Part shown: in pieces, positions 14,220 to 27,853 of the stretch
Layout of the letters: each line of letters opens with the position of its first letter
Numbering within the stretch: position 1 is the stretch's first letter
Source: the human T2T-CHM13v2.0 reference genome, Homo sapiens
DNA: 64,000 bases
Reading direction: 5' to 3' (one strand)
NCBI RefSeq assembly: GCF_009914755.1
Contig: NC_060937.1
Notes under the pieces: generated by a model
Told to the model about the DNA's origin: nothing
Seen by the model: only the letters and a program-made list of their open reading frames with translations
Databases searched by the model: none
Program-made: the position numbers and the translations under genes

Positions 14220-15115
14220 AAATCTTCCTGTTATCTATTTTCAGGCAATGGGCTTTAACAACAAATCACATTGCATAATTCAACTACTGTGGAAAGAAGT
14301 CTGATGGCTCTAATTGAGCTAAGTGTAGAACTTAAAGCAGCTCACTTATCCTATTTGGGTTCAATATATTTATCCCATAAATGACCCATCCCTGCATCAA
14401 GGAATGATTTATTTAGAGATACCACATACATTTGAAATATTCCATTTATGCATTACACTAAGCCTTTAGGAGTATTACCCATTGTTGAATAAGTGTTGAT
14501 CTAACAAAATCTCCTAAGTCACAATTTGTTTAAAATACAGGATAGATCTCGAATACCTATTCTCAGACATCAGGAGACACTGGAAATACAGAACTGAAAC
14601 TACATCTCACCTAGATGTTAACCCCTTGAGGGCAGGAACTAGACTTGCTTGCCATCAGTCACCTGCAAAGGGCCCTGCATGTAGCGGACACTCTGCTTGT
14701 TGAGTGGATGTATAAAAGAACTTCCCCAGAGGTAACCAATTTGATATACAAAGAGAGAGGCTGCTTTCTGCTGTGTTGAACAATGAACACTGGCTGAGAC
14801 ACTTGTCCAAACAAAAAGAGGCTTTGAGTTACGGAATAGCCTCTGTTAACCCATACTAGGATGTTAAGCTCCTTTTGAAAGCAGGTTCCTTTGTAAACAG
14901 CCCCCTGAGCCTAGTCCAGAGCTTGGCACATAGCAGTTGTTTGTTAAATTGAATTGAGCTGACTCAGTAAAAGCCATTTAGTGTCAACAAAAATAAATGT
15001 ATTAATGCATTGCTCCAACCTGTTTTAAAAACTGCTTTCAAATTACACATTATTTTTTAATCAGGTAATACATGCACATGATACAAAATTCAAAATGTAT
15101 AAATGGGAATATAGT

Positions 15116-15496
15116 TGTATTAGTCCATTCTCACACTGCTATAAAAATACTACCCAAAGACGGGGTAATTTATAAAGGAAAGTGGTTTAATTGACTCAGT
15201 TCAGCATGGTTGGGAAGGCCTCAGGAAACTTACGATTATGGCAGAAGACACAGGGGAAAGCAAACACATCCTTCTTCACAAGGCTGCAGAAAGGCGAATG
15301 AATGCAGTGGAAACTACCACGCATTTATAAAACCATCAGATCTCGTGAGAACTCACTCACTAACACAAGAGCAGCATGGGGGAACTTGCCCCCATGATTC
15401 AATTACCTCCACCCGGTCTCTCCCTTAACACGTGGGGATCATAGGGATTATAATTCAAGATGAGATTTTAGGTGAGGACTCAGCCAAACCGTATCA
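15116..15496 (-). mobile_element. THE1 (ERVL-MaLR) solo LTR with 5-bp TSD, inside an old L1M fragment
   Basis: tgtattagtccattctcacactgctataaa...ataaaaccatcagatctcgtgagaactcactcac...cagccaaaccgtatca. TSD atagt at 15111-15115 and 15497-15501. Confidence 0.92.
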
Positions 15497-15978
15497 ATAG
15501 TGAAGAGGAAGTCTCCAGTACTCTCAATCCCAGGTATCCAGAACTCATGCTAAGAGAAAAAACCTGGAAACACCGTTTTCTAAAGAAAGTGTGTTTTGTC
15601 GTTGTTGTTGTTACTGTTGTTGTTTTAAGCAGCATGGAAAACTAACGCTTTTTCTTTCAGCACTTTTATCCTCAACTTTTTCTTAGTCTATTTAGATCTG
15701 TAAAATAATTTCTCTTGTAAGACAAATAAAATTCATTATGCAAACAGAAATCTGCAAACAATAAGACAGGCAATAGCAAGTCTAAAAGCCATCCACCTGA
15801 GACCAAATGAGCCTACTGTGATTTCTCCTCTAAGATCCACAAGAATCACACTGCTATCAGTATCATTGCGGCTAGCTGTTACCTCTAACAATCATATACC
15901 AATTAGCCGTGATATAAATTTGCATTGGAAGTTTTCCATGTTTCCAAGGTTATTTCTCAGAGAAAGCATTCAGATATC

Positions 15979-16029
15979 AAGGACCTCTCTTAAGCAGTGG
16001 TTTAAGGACCTTTTCTTAAGCAGTGGTTT
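15979..16029. repeat. 25/26-bp tandem duplication
   Basis: aaggacctctcttaagcagtggttt followed directly by aaggaccttttcttaagcagtggttt. Confidence 0.9.
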
Positions 16030-17447
16030 AAAAAAATTGTGAGTGGTTTGCTGCATTTTTCTATTCTAGTAGGTAGAGATAAACAACTCAGACTAAGAAT
16101 AAAGATTGAGGATTAAGATCAACAACAGACATTTATATTGACAGCATTTCCTGATCCTTCAAATCGGCTGCTCCTGTTTTCTGTTTGTTTGTTTTGCTTT
16201 GTTTTATTAGATTACTTGAACTTTTCACCTATATATAGGAGAAAATTTTACTAAAGCACAGAAGAAAATGTATGTTCTTGTCTGCTAAATAAACACAGAC
16301 ATACACACAAAAATAATGCTTTTTGGCCCTATGGGAAAACAGTAGCTTTACTAACACCATTAGTGATTTTACATTGAGTTTTAGTGACTTTAGTAAAATT
16401 CTATAGTGTTCCTTATACGTTCAGCAACCTTTAAGATGATTTTTAAGAAGGGAAACAGAAACAGAAAAGGAAGAAGTTAACATTAAAATATTTTGGAGAC
16501 AATGACAAATGCATCCTATATGAAGATTTATGAAACATTTCATACCATGCCTGCCTGTTCCACACTACCCTGTCGCACTGGCCTCAACCAGAGATGACTA
16601 TGTTTTAGGAATTAGATGAGCATTAAATTGTCTTTGGATGTATTTGAGGACCTGCGATTTCTCAGGTAACACTTCATGCTAAATTAAATAAGAGAATACT
16701 ACAAGTAGATCATCCCAGACATTATGAGCTTGCAAATCAATTCCTCAATTCAGGGTGCTGTTTTGTTCTCTGAGCAGTTGGTGTAAAGTGCTACATAATA
16801 TGAACAATCACCTACTAAAACTTGCATGCACATGCCTAATGCAGATTTTTCCAAAATACGTGATAATGCATACTGTATATTAGAATGTAAGACAGAGCCC
16901 TTAACATTCCCCCTGGGATATCTCTCTCTTTTTCTTCTTTCAGACAGCAATGGTCTTTGCTTCAGGTTCTCTAGCTTTAAAATGTTTTATAAATTATTTC
17001 AACTTTGAGAAAGCAAATCAGATTAAATCCAGAAAGGAAAAAGGGAGATAGTAGCATTTACACATTTCTGGAAGCTGGCAGCAAGATAAATCCAATGCAA
17101 CAAACCTCTGTGGGCTATTAAGTGAATTTTGTTAGGAAAGCACACATAAGGCATGCCTAATGAGAATATGTAGGGTGCTGGGTTTTAAGAAACGGGCTAT
17201 TATTTATGAATACTAGGTGGTATCCAAAAGAAATGCATGTAAGGATTTAAACACTGATTTCTCCAGGGCCTGGACTTTGCTTGAGGCATTACTCAAGTTG
17301 GAAAACAAGAGACAACATGGTATATGTGTGAGCCTTCAAATAATCACGCATTTTATACAGGACAATCTACAAGTCTTTAAAGCCTCTGGGCTTTTCATTT
17401 TACTAAACAAGGTCCTCCTTTGGGATTGTCAAGGAGAAAATCTGCAC

Positions 17448-17650
17448 CACAGTGGAAAGAGCTCTATCCTGAGAGTCAGAAATTTTGAATGCAAATCCAG
17501 CTGCAGGGCCACAGCTTCTTTATCTATAAAATAGGTACGATAATACTCACCCTGACCACTTCACGATGTCCTTGTAAGGGCCAATGTAATCATGCACTGA
17601 AAAGAGATTTTGGAGTGTGAGTGCTTTAGACATGTAAAATGTTAGCAGTA
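17448..17650 (+). mobile_element. MIR SINE fragment
   Basis: cagtggaaagagctctatcctgagagtcagaa...aaatccagct...ttctttatctataaaatagg. Confidence 0.6.
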
Positions 17651-17987
17651 CTAATGTCTGGGAAATCATCATCACCATTTAGGATTTCCTCTATGTCAAA
17701 ATCACCACATGGCCAGAGTCTGGATGGGCAAGCTCTACTGTCCCAGGGGAAACAGATAATCCAACTTCATGGCTAAGAAGGCCAATGGGGCAGAGCTGCC
17801 AGAATCATATTAATATGGAAGGTTTACTTGCTTCCACTAGATTGTGTGCAAATCAGATCCTACTTTGTTCGTCTTCGCAACCCCAGCGTCCAGCAGAGTT
17901 AACCCTCCCCCCAAATGACTGTGAATGAAGTGAAATGAGTGAGATGTCTGCTATGAGCAGAGAACTATGTTGGGTATTTTGATAGAT

Positions 17988-18555
17988 ATATGAGTCAGAG
18001 TTCAAACAGAGAAGCAGAACCCCTAGGAAACACATACATACTAAGGGATTTATACGGGGCTTTGGCTCTGCTTCACTGTGGGAGGATGTTAAACAGAATG
18101 CAGAGGCTGTTGCTTCTGTGTTTGGTGCTGAAGCCTGAAGTCAGCAGGACGGGTAGACAGGAAGAAAAGACAGCTGCAAAGAGGGAAACCGGGACAAAAT
18201 GGAACCCATAAAGATGAGTGGAGTCTGCGAAGGTGGACCAGAAACCGTATCAGTGTCTCACGACCTCCAAGACTCCACCTTTAATGATGAGGGTGTTCTG
18301 CGGGTGAAGCTTATCCTTATCCGGTAAATAAACACATGCCTGCCTGGAGGAAAACGAAGCCAAAGAAGGAGATCCAGAGGACCCAAATATGCCCATGGCA
18401 ACCAGGATGCCAAAAGGTAGGTGACAATGTGTGTGTGAGCTGCAACGCCAGCCCCAAAAAGATGGCTGCAATTTCACTTGTGTCTTCTAAATCTCGTGCA
18501 AAATGTCGCTCAAGACCCACAAACCACGAAGAGGAGGGAATTCTGGGAAGTAGGC
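17988..18555 (-). mobile_element. Old ERVL-class LTR (MLT2/LTR41/LTR52-like, family uncertain)
   Basis: One end reads tgagtcagagttcaaacagagaagcagaaccc and the other agggaattctgggaa; both resemble recalled terminal motifs of this LTR group. Confidence 0.45.
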
Positions 18556-18777
18556 GGGAAGTGTTTGCTAGTTGCCTGGCACTTTTAATACACTTTGGAA
18601 TCCTACAACTCTGTAGAACTGTTGTTTTCTCTGTTTCAAAAATGAAATCTCTATAATCCTGCTTAGGTAACCTCCCTGGAGTGCAGAGCACACCCATTTC
18701 TGGGTTTGCAGTTCATGCCCTTTTCCTACATTTCCATACCTACAGAGCAGCCGAGCCTTCACACAAGTCCTCAGCTT

Positions 18778-19180
18778 GGATTAAAGTAAAGAAACTGCTA
18801 TATATACATATACGTATGATAGAATACTACTCAGACATAAAAAGGAATGAATTAAATGGCATTCACAGCAACCTGGATGGGACTAGAGACTATTATTCCA
18901 AGTGAAGTAACTCAGAAATGGAAAACCAAACATCGTATGTTCTCACTCATAAGTGGGAGCTAAACTATAAGGATGCAAAGGCATAAGAATGATAAAATGG
19001 TGTCTGTGGACTCGGGGGGAAATGAAAATGGGGGGTGAGGGATAAAAGGCTACCAATCGGGTTCAGTGTATACTACTCAGGTGATGGGTGCACCAAAATC
19101 TCACAAATCACCACTAAAGAACTTACTCATGTAACCAAATACCACCTGTTCCCTCAAAAACCTATGGAAAATTTTTAAAA
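18778..19180 (+). mobile_element. L1PB (L1PB1-like) 3' end
   Basis: gaatactactcagacataaaaaggaatgaa...tgttctcactcataagtgggagctaaac...tgggtgcaccaaaatctcacaaatcaccactaaagaactta. Confidence 0.9.
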
Positions 19181-19665
19181 AGTTATTTCTCAGGGCAGTC
19201 CTGAGGAAAATTCACAGCATCCAGAAAGAGCTTCTGTCAGTTTCCCCATTCCCAACAGTGACATCGAGACAGAATTGACGACAGATTCTCGTTCATATTG
19301 TCCCTGAAGTATTACCAGGGAGGAATGAATTAAGAACCCCAGAGAACGCACCGTTGGAAGAGTGGGAAGAGGTGGAAAAGGCTGATGAAGCCCTCCAAGC
19401 CTGCACTCTTAAAGCTGGGTTTTGATGTCTCACCTGAAATGTTCTCAGTACACTCAAGAAACCGGTAATAAGGAGCCACTGTGTGCCTGCATTACCTGGC
19501 CATGTCTACACAGCAAGCAGGCTACTGCCCCTTCACGAGGTGAGCGGCAAGGCAGCATTATGTCATACCATCCAGAAGACACGTCTGCTTTACCTGGGGT
19601 CTCTCCACCATGCTGCCTTCTGAGAACCAGCTCATTCTCCTTAGCAGTGCAGTCACTCCTGCTGA

Positions 19666-20144
<479 letters not shown>

Positions 20145-23100
20145 ACCACAGAGTAGTTTTAAAGTTTGATTCTAACAGTGAAGACAGAGAAGGCGCTGTG
20201 GGAAGAAAAATGCATGAATCTGTGAATTTGAGGTTTATCAATTTTTCAGGAATTTTTTATTTTTAGATATATTTTGTACATTATATGTACAGATAGTATT
20301 CTACAAGAGTGTGAGTTTCAAAGTCTTTCACATACTTAAACTCTAAGAAAATTAACTAAAATCTATGTCAATGTTCACATCTCTTTTTGCTATTGTGTGC
20401 ATGAATTGAGTGAGAAATAGAATCAGTTCTATCTCATTTTTTAATTACCGTGTCTTCCTTCCATCCAAGACTGGCCTTGGGCAAATTGGGAAGTAGAGGA
20501 AGTTGAATACTTCAGAGCTCTCCAAATCTGCATCCCGCCACAAGGCATTCTAGAACTCATGAACCAGAAACTTCCGAACCTAAATTTAATTTCTGCAGTG
20601 CCCAATCTCTCTGAGTCTCTCTATAACAGCAAAAAATTGGATTAATAATTTGTATGTGAGAGCTTAAAGTGACCAGAGCTGATAGCACAACTCCTTTAAA
20701 CAGAAACTTACAAAGTCTTAACCCAAGTAAGTGACTGATAGAGGGTTTTCAAGATTTTCTGAAGGGCAAATGAGGTACATCTTTCGTTAAAGGGGCCAAG
20801 GAAAGTCAGTCACCCAGACAAGAAAGAAATTTTGCATGTTTAATTAGGGAAAAAATGGAAATTATACAGAAAATCATTGTGGTCATAAAGTAAATAAAAT
20901 GCCTCTCATGGCAAAATGCACTTTTATGTTAGTCTCCATTAGGTAAAACATTATTTCCATGCAGTAATATCTTTATAGAAGGGTAGAAATCACCTTTTCC
21001 ATCTCTATTCCTATTTCATGTTAGAGTTTTTTCCAAGGTCGTTAAAATGAAAGAATGACAGTAGACTTTCTTATCAACAGCTTGTTCCAACAGATACAAT
21101 ACATGGGTAGGGGATCAAAAAGAGCATGAGAAGCATTTTCTGCCAACATTGTAGAAAATATTGAACATCTGCTGTGTCTGGGATCCTGGGAGTTGTAATT
21201 ATAATTTTTTGAAATCTGTACACAAGAGTTATAAATATTAGAACTATAGCCTGTGAAAGCCATGAAATATTTAACTTGTTTGGCAGGCTTAAGCAAAACT
21301 CATAAACTTAATTTAAGCAAGCCAAACATTATAGTTTTACCCATTTTATATCCTTCATGTCATTAGTTAGATAAATTAAAGCAAGCTATAAAGCAGCATG
21401 GAAACTGCCAACTGGAAGTCCTGTGGGTATACCAAAAATGATGCATTTTAAGAACTAACTCGTTTTACTAATGGTTTGCTCTTCACCTTTCCCGGTTATC
21501 CACCCATGCCCAAGACTTGACTCTTTGGTTTGGGGAAGCGGAGGGAGGAGCTGCTGGTAGGAAATGGCTTCCGGATAAGTAAAGAGAAATGCAGGCATCA
21601 GGCACTTTAAGCAGGTTCACGACGGCCACAGTGAGACCCAAAGGCCACTGGTGATTTCTGCATGTGTCAATTCAATCTGTCAAAAACGTGTATGCCAGCC
21701 TGAGTGAAAACCTTTCAAGCTCAAAAACAGAGGCCTGGTAAACAGCTCTGTGCTACTGCAGAAGGTATCTCGAGAGACCAAGGGAGCAGAGAGGAGCCAG
21801 GCTTCTACCGTGTTAGCTCTGTGGCCGGGGGACACCTCTGAGACTTGTCCTTAGAAAGGAATACAGGCTGGAATATATCAGGCTGTGTCCATCATACAGA
21901 TAGGTGCCTTGATATTTAACCCGGGACAGTGATAACCAAGCCAACTTCAGTGTCTATTTCAAAGTTAAGAGTACTATCCAATTAGCCTCAAATTTCTCCG
22001 TTTATACCTGCACCATGCTCTCTACCCTACTCCCAACCCCAGGGTGCTCCCCAGTGAGAAACTAAGGATAACAACATTCACATTTGTAGATTCTGCATGA
22101 GAAAAATAATAGATGATGATACTATTTATTTTATAGTACTTTATTTATATATCTTTTTGCAATTGAACCTCAAAGCAACCCCTTTTATATCCATGTGTGT
22201 GACTTTTGCAGATTAAAAAAGTAATCACAGAAAAGTGACAAAGTATGCCCATGACCACACAGCTGACAATACTGAGCCTGGCCCTGAGGTCTCCTGAGAC
22301 TTGGACCAATGCTTTGGCCACAAGGGAGGCAGTCAATTCACAGAACATCTGCTCTGACAGGAGACTGAAGAAGGAATGAGCTAAGGGACTCCAAGTCCAG
22401 AGTAAGCCTGTGGACGGATGGTGCTTCCAGGACTCACAGCTTCCCTTCCCTCTGGCCCTTCTTTATGCCCTGGTGTTTTTCAGATTCAGTATCTCTATTA
22501 AAACTTCCTACTCCTCTTTCCTGGCCTTGTCTCCCTCTCTTAACCCCTACAAAGGACTGAAACTGGCTGTCAGCTCTGGGGCTTGCCACAGTCATAGCAG
22601 CCTTTGTTAACAAGTTAAGAATCTACAGGAATCCCCTCTTTGCTGTCTTTACAATCTGTACATGAGAGCAATCAAATGGATCAGCTGGAAACCCCTAGCT
22701 GTGAATGCATAAAAGAGCAAATGAATAGGAAAATTCAAAGGAAATATTTCACTGAAATACCCTGCTGGTCCCGCTTTATTCTGCATTTAAGAAAATAATA
22801 CCCATGCCCAAACAGCCTCTTTCTCCCTGAAGTAGAGGGTTGATATCACACAGACTGTCTACACAGGGGAACCAATTCAAGGCAGAACTGAAAGTTCCAA
22901 TTCAATCCAATCAGCCCATGTCATATGTCTGGGGCCAGTCCAACAGGGCTTAGAATGTGATTTGAAAGAGCCAGTGTGAGTTGTCAGTGGCCCACACAAG
23001 CAGGAATTTATGCCTCAGGTTTACCTGGATGGAGAGTGAGTATGAAGGTTTTTGTGTCAGCCTCCTGTGTGCCAGGCATATATGTTTCTAAATTCACTTT

Positions 23101-23237
23101 GCAACAAACTTATGAGATAGACTTTGGTAGTAGTATTCCCTTTTAAACAGACATTCACTCGTTTCTTTAAGATGAAAAAAACAGTAAGTGGAAAATATAA
23201 ATACTTTGTGCGAATCTACAGCAAACATAAATTTTAG

Positions 23238-23545
<308 letters not shown>

Positions 23546-23984
23546 TGAATCTATCTTTAACTCATTTTTGAGCATGGTGATTTTCTAGGCCTCCCTTAAT
23601 CTGGACACAGAGCTGCGAAGAAGAATAAGCTAATGAGACTGTCTAGTTCTTCCCGTATTCCTGGGGCAGCTAGGAAGATGCTAACAGCAACCCCAGTTCT
23701 AGTTCTAAGGGAATGCCCTTGTAGGGGTAATGTGGGCCTGAGTTCCCTCTCCAGTTCCCCACTCCAGTCCTCAGAAAGGCCCACGTACCATGGAGTGCAT
23801 GGTCCCCACTCTAGCAACCGAGTGACAGGGAGCATGATAAGCCCAGAAGAGCAACAGCCCGTATCCTTCATTTTCTTTCTCATGAATAAAGCTGAAGAAG
23901 AACCAGAATCAAAGCTCAAAAATTGCTATAACATTAAAAGACACAAATGATGCGGTTTGACATTATTTTTATTTCACAAAGAAA

Positions 23985-24019
23985 ACTTTGGCATTTCCAA
24001 ACATTGGAAATGCCAAAGT
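23985..24019. repeat. Perfect inverted repeat, 16-bp arms with 3-nt spacer
   Basis: ACTTTGGCATTTCCAA-aca-TTGGAAATGCCAAAGT; extends to 20 bp with one mismatch (23981-24023). Confidence 0.95.
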
Positions 24020-26120
24020 GTTCAACTCAGTGCCCACTCCTAGTTGAAACTTCATGTCAGCTGCCTGGTACTGAGTCTTCTCGCCCACAGGAGGGCATCG
24101 CCTCTGGTTAGACTGACAGGTAAAAGGTCTTGAGGGTCAGAGCCATTGGCAAGTTCCAGGAACAAACAGAACAGGAGTTTTTAACAAGACCTGCAGCTTG
24201 TGAGCGGGGAGGCTCCTGGGCGCTAACACTTCGCCACTTTCATTCTCTGGCTGCACACAGGCTGTGCAGACTCAGGGAATCTTTCCAGGGCAGCCGTATG
24301 AGAGGGAAAGCTGTTACCCCTCCAAGATTTCATAGTGACAGGAGGCAACTCCACTAGGATTCCTGATCAAGCCACCAGGTCTGGTGGGAACTGCTTTTTC
24401 CACTAAGATTTCTGGGCTTGTTTACATGCGTTTTATTCAGAGCTACAGTAATCTGTTCACAAGAGACAGAAATCCTGGTAAATCAATCCTTAAAGCTTGT
24501 TGACATTTGTCCACTTGGCAGATCATAAAAGCCCCTTGAAAATCAACAGGAGTAAATGTGTAAACCGCTTTACCAAATTATATGATGTAAACGCCAAGTG
24601 AAAGAGTTCTGCAGGATAAGATCGCTGAATTGTGACTGTCTTCCGAATGTAACTTTATTTTGGTCTTGGGTTACATGTGAGGTGTTGCCAAAATCAACTG
24701 AAAGAGAGACAAAGACATATGAATTCAGCCCAAAAGCTGGCTTTTAAGTTCTCTGTCTTCAAAAAGACTGGAGATTCTTTATGAGATGTAGTTTTGCATA
24801 AACAGTCTTTGTTAACAAAAGTTTTCCCCAAATATCAGTTAAATTTTAACTAGTTCCCTGTAAATGTTATGTGAGTGCCAGAAATAACCTCGGCATTTTT
24901 GAAGAAAAAAGTAGAACTAGAGAAAACTTCGTGGCATAAACACACAGATAAAATACACACTGCAGTCATTGGCGGCAATCAGACCATAGGGGCCTGAGAG
25001 TTCATGATTACTGGAAACTCTTTCCCAAGATTATATCCAGAGAGATTTCTCAGAAGACTTGAAGAGGAATGTCATAGAATAATCATGCATGAAAGCAGTT
25101 ACAAGTGCTCAGTCTTTGTAACAGCACAGGTAAATCTGCACCTGAAGCTGTTATGTCTGAATTGAGGTTTATTCCAGCCTCTTTGAGAAATCAGGTCCAA
25201 AGTTTAAAAGCCCTTTTTACATATCATAATCATCTCTATAGATTCCATTTTAAACCTTTTACCTCCATGGCCTAACAATTGCTTATATCTGAATCTTCCA
25301 CAGAGACGACATATTAGTTTCCCTACATCTCTCTAATTTTACGCAATGTACTGAATATTTCACTGGAAGTGAGAAGTGAGACCCAAAGAGGAAAGCAGGG
25401 GAAAGGTGGTAGGGGAAGGAGAGGGAGGAAAAATGGAAATACATTTTACAGTGTATAGCTAGGTAAGGAATTCTGTTAATATTGATGTATAACAGTAAAG
25501 CTAATGGTGAGGAATAGCTCCAGGTCTCCAGGTGATCAAAAGCCCTTCATATGTGGAAAGCTCTTGTGGACTGGAATGTGAGATCTTCCGATGGCAGGAG
25601 CCTGGGCGGGGCTTCTGACGATCCCCTCTTTACTGGGGTGAGGGTTATAAACGTTCTTAGGCAGTACATTTAGACATCCTGGAGGGGATACTAAGGGTTC
25701 ATAAGACCTGAGGCTCTGTTCTCCTACAATTTATGGACTGCAGGAACATGTCTCAACACCACAGAATCTTACACTGATGAGGGACCTTATGGGGGAAGCA
25801 GTTCAATATCCTATTGAATACATACATCCCCTTCCCAGCATCTTCACTCAAGCCCCATTCAGCCCATATTGTGGAGGTGGGGAACGCCCTTTGCCCAAAG
25901 CAGTCCTTTTTGTCTTGGATGGCTCGAACTCTCCTAAATCTATTTTTTTCTGAAATAATCATTGTATTTTCTACTTAATGGACTTCGTTCTATTTCCTCA
26001 AGAAATTGAAGAACAAATGCAATTCCTCTCCTTGCTAAAATGTAAAGCAGCTGACAGGGCTCTGTAACCAGCCGTCATGTATTACTTTGGTAGGTTTTTC
26101 TTTGTCATTCTTCTCCATGA

Positions 26121-26320
26121 AGGAGAAGAGGGAACGGTATGCATGTAGGGGACAGAAGGGGACAGTATGCATGTGGGGGACATGTATGCATGTATGCACA
26201 TAAGGGACATGTCGGGGACATGCATGCAGGGGGCATGTAGGCATTATGGGACATGTACGCATTAAAGAAGAGGGGACAGTATGCATGTAGGGGACAGAAA
26301 GAGGAGACAAAATACATGTA
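26121..26320. repeat. Degenerate minisatellite built from GGGAC/ATGCATGT units
   Basis: Recurrent gggaca(g/tg)tatgcatgt units, plus a ~33-bp direct repeat at 26125-26157 and 26267-26299. Confidence 0.8.
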
Positions 26321-26514
26321 GCTGCCTTTACCTAGGCACCTTGGTTTGGGGACTCTGTGTCATGTCTCAGCAGTACCAAATCCCCATGGGTCTTTATGGA
26401 GAAGAACCCTTTGCAGGTTTCTAACATGTCAATTGTGCTACCTCTACTGACAGAAGAGATTTTTAATTTAGTCCAAATGATATGTTCCCTTACCCTCCAT
26501 TCACTCCCCATGTT

Positions 26515-26830
26515 TGCAGGGTGCCAAATATGTGCCAGTTCAGTTATATGCTGAGTTCAGGAAAGTTTATGGTGATTAAGACACAACCCTTGTCTTCAAG
26601 GAGCTGACTGTCTAGAGCAAAATCTAGATGAGTTAACAGGCAGGTCTAGTACATCATAGGACCATAAGAGCTCATGGATAAGGCTCCAGTTCAGTCATGA
26701 GTAGTCCTAGAAGAACGGTTGTCTGAGAGGAGAACTAAGCAGCAGGCAAGCAAAAGGAGCAGTAGTAGAATGCCTCCCAAGGAAAGAGCCAAGCTTTGAT
26801 AAAAGGCCAGAGACAGCAGAGAGTGTGATA
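26515..26830 (-). mobile_element. L2 fragment
   Basis: tgccaaatatgtgccag...aagacacaacccttgtcttcaaggagctgactgtctag is typical of antisense L2. Confidence 0.55.
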
Positions 26831-27623
26831 TATCACACATACTGTGTAGACAATAAGGTGGGTAGGAACAAGTGTTTACCAATATTATACAAATACATCT
26901 CTGCCTATAAGACATGTGTGTGGTGTTGTAGTCTACCCACAAGATTTTATGTATTAAATTGTGTGCTCTGTTTAAGTTATACTTGAATATTAAGGACTAA
27001 AATAAAATTCACTCATTCAGAGATCTGATCACTAAGATACAAAGAAGAATAAAGTGTTCTTGACTGTGAAACTCACAGTCCAGTGGAAACAATTTTTTTA
27101 AACTTGCATGTTGTCAGAAGCTGGTTATCTAGGTTTGTGAGATAGTTCTAAATGGTTTTGAGTAATTGGGTCAAGTAGATAGTCTTCTGAGACAGAAACC
27201 CAAAACAGAAGTCTCCAATAGAGGTCTGCTATGTTTTCTCTCCTCTTAATCAAAAATAGTAATTCCTATCCTTTAATGATAATTAAAAATCAAAATTCAT
27301 TTTGATCAGTGATTAGCTCAATGACCATTTCTTATATTGGCCTTTCAGTCTCTACAGAGCTAAAAAAGATAAGGAGTTGAACTGGGTTGTGGGGGAGGCT
27401 GATGTGCATAGAGTGCAGAAATGGCAAGGAATAGGCTGTAAGAAGCTCTGTGAGAAAATTCTGAAAAGGAAGGAAGCCATCATTGGCAGTTAAGTGTTTA
27501 CTAAGAAGGAAGGGCTAGTAATAAGGAAGTAAATTTGATTAAAGAAAATTATTCTGAATTCTACTTAAACTTCCACCTGCTCCAATTCAAGGAATGTTTT
27601 CCTGAGATCCTCTTAATTCAAAC

Positions 27624-27853
27624 CAAGGTTTCTCACCTTGGCACTATTGACATTTTGGGCTGGATAATTCTTTGTTTTGCAGGGTGGGAGAGGGAGCTGT
27701 CCTCTGCATTATAGGATATGTAACATCCCTGGCCTCTAGCCACTAGATTCAAGTAGTACTCAAACGCATACATCAGTTTCAACAAACAAAAATGCTTCAA
27801 ATGTAGCAGGATGTCCCAAGGGGGAGAAAATTAACCCACTTTGAGAATCAGTG
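27624..27853 (-). mobile_element. MER20 (hAT-Charlie) DNA transposon, near full length
   Basis: ggtttctcaccttggcactattgacattttgggctggataattcttt...catccctggcctctagccactagat...ttgagaatcagtg. Possible degenerate 8-bp TSD attcaaac / attttaac. Confidence 0.9.

Noticed and set aside
18250-18762. Overlapping ORFs on both strands
   Set aside because: They lie within a probable old LTR; stop-poor GC-richer sequence explains them.
26121-26320. CRISPR-like repeat/spacer array
   Set aside because: Mammalian context, irregular degenerate units, no unique spacers and no cas genes.
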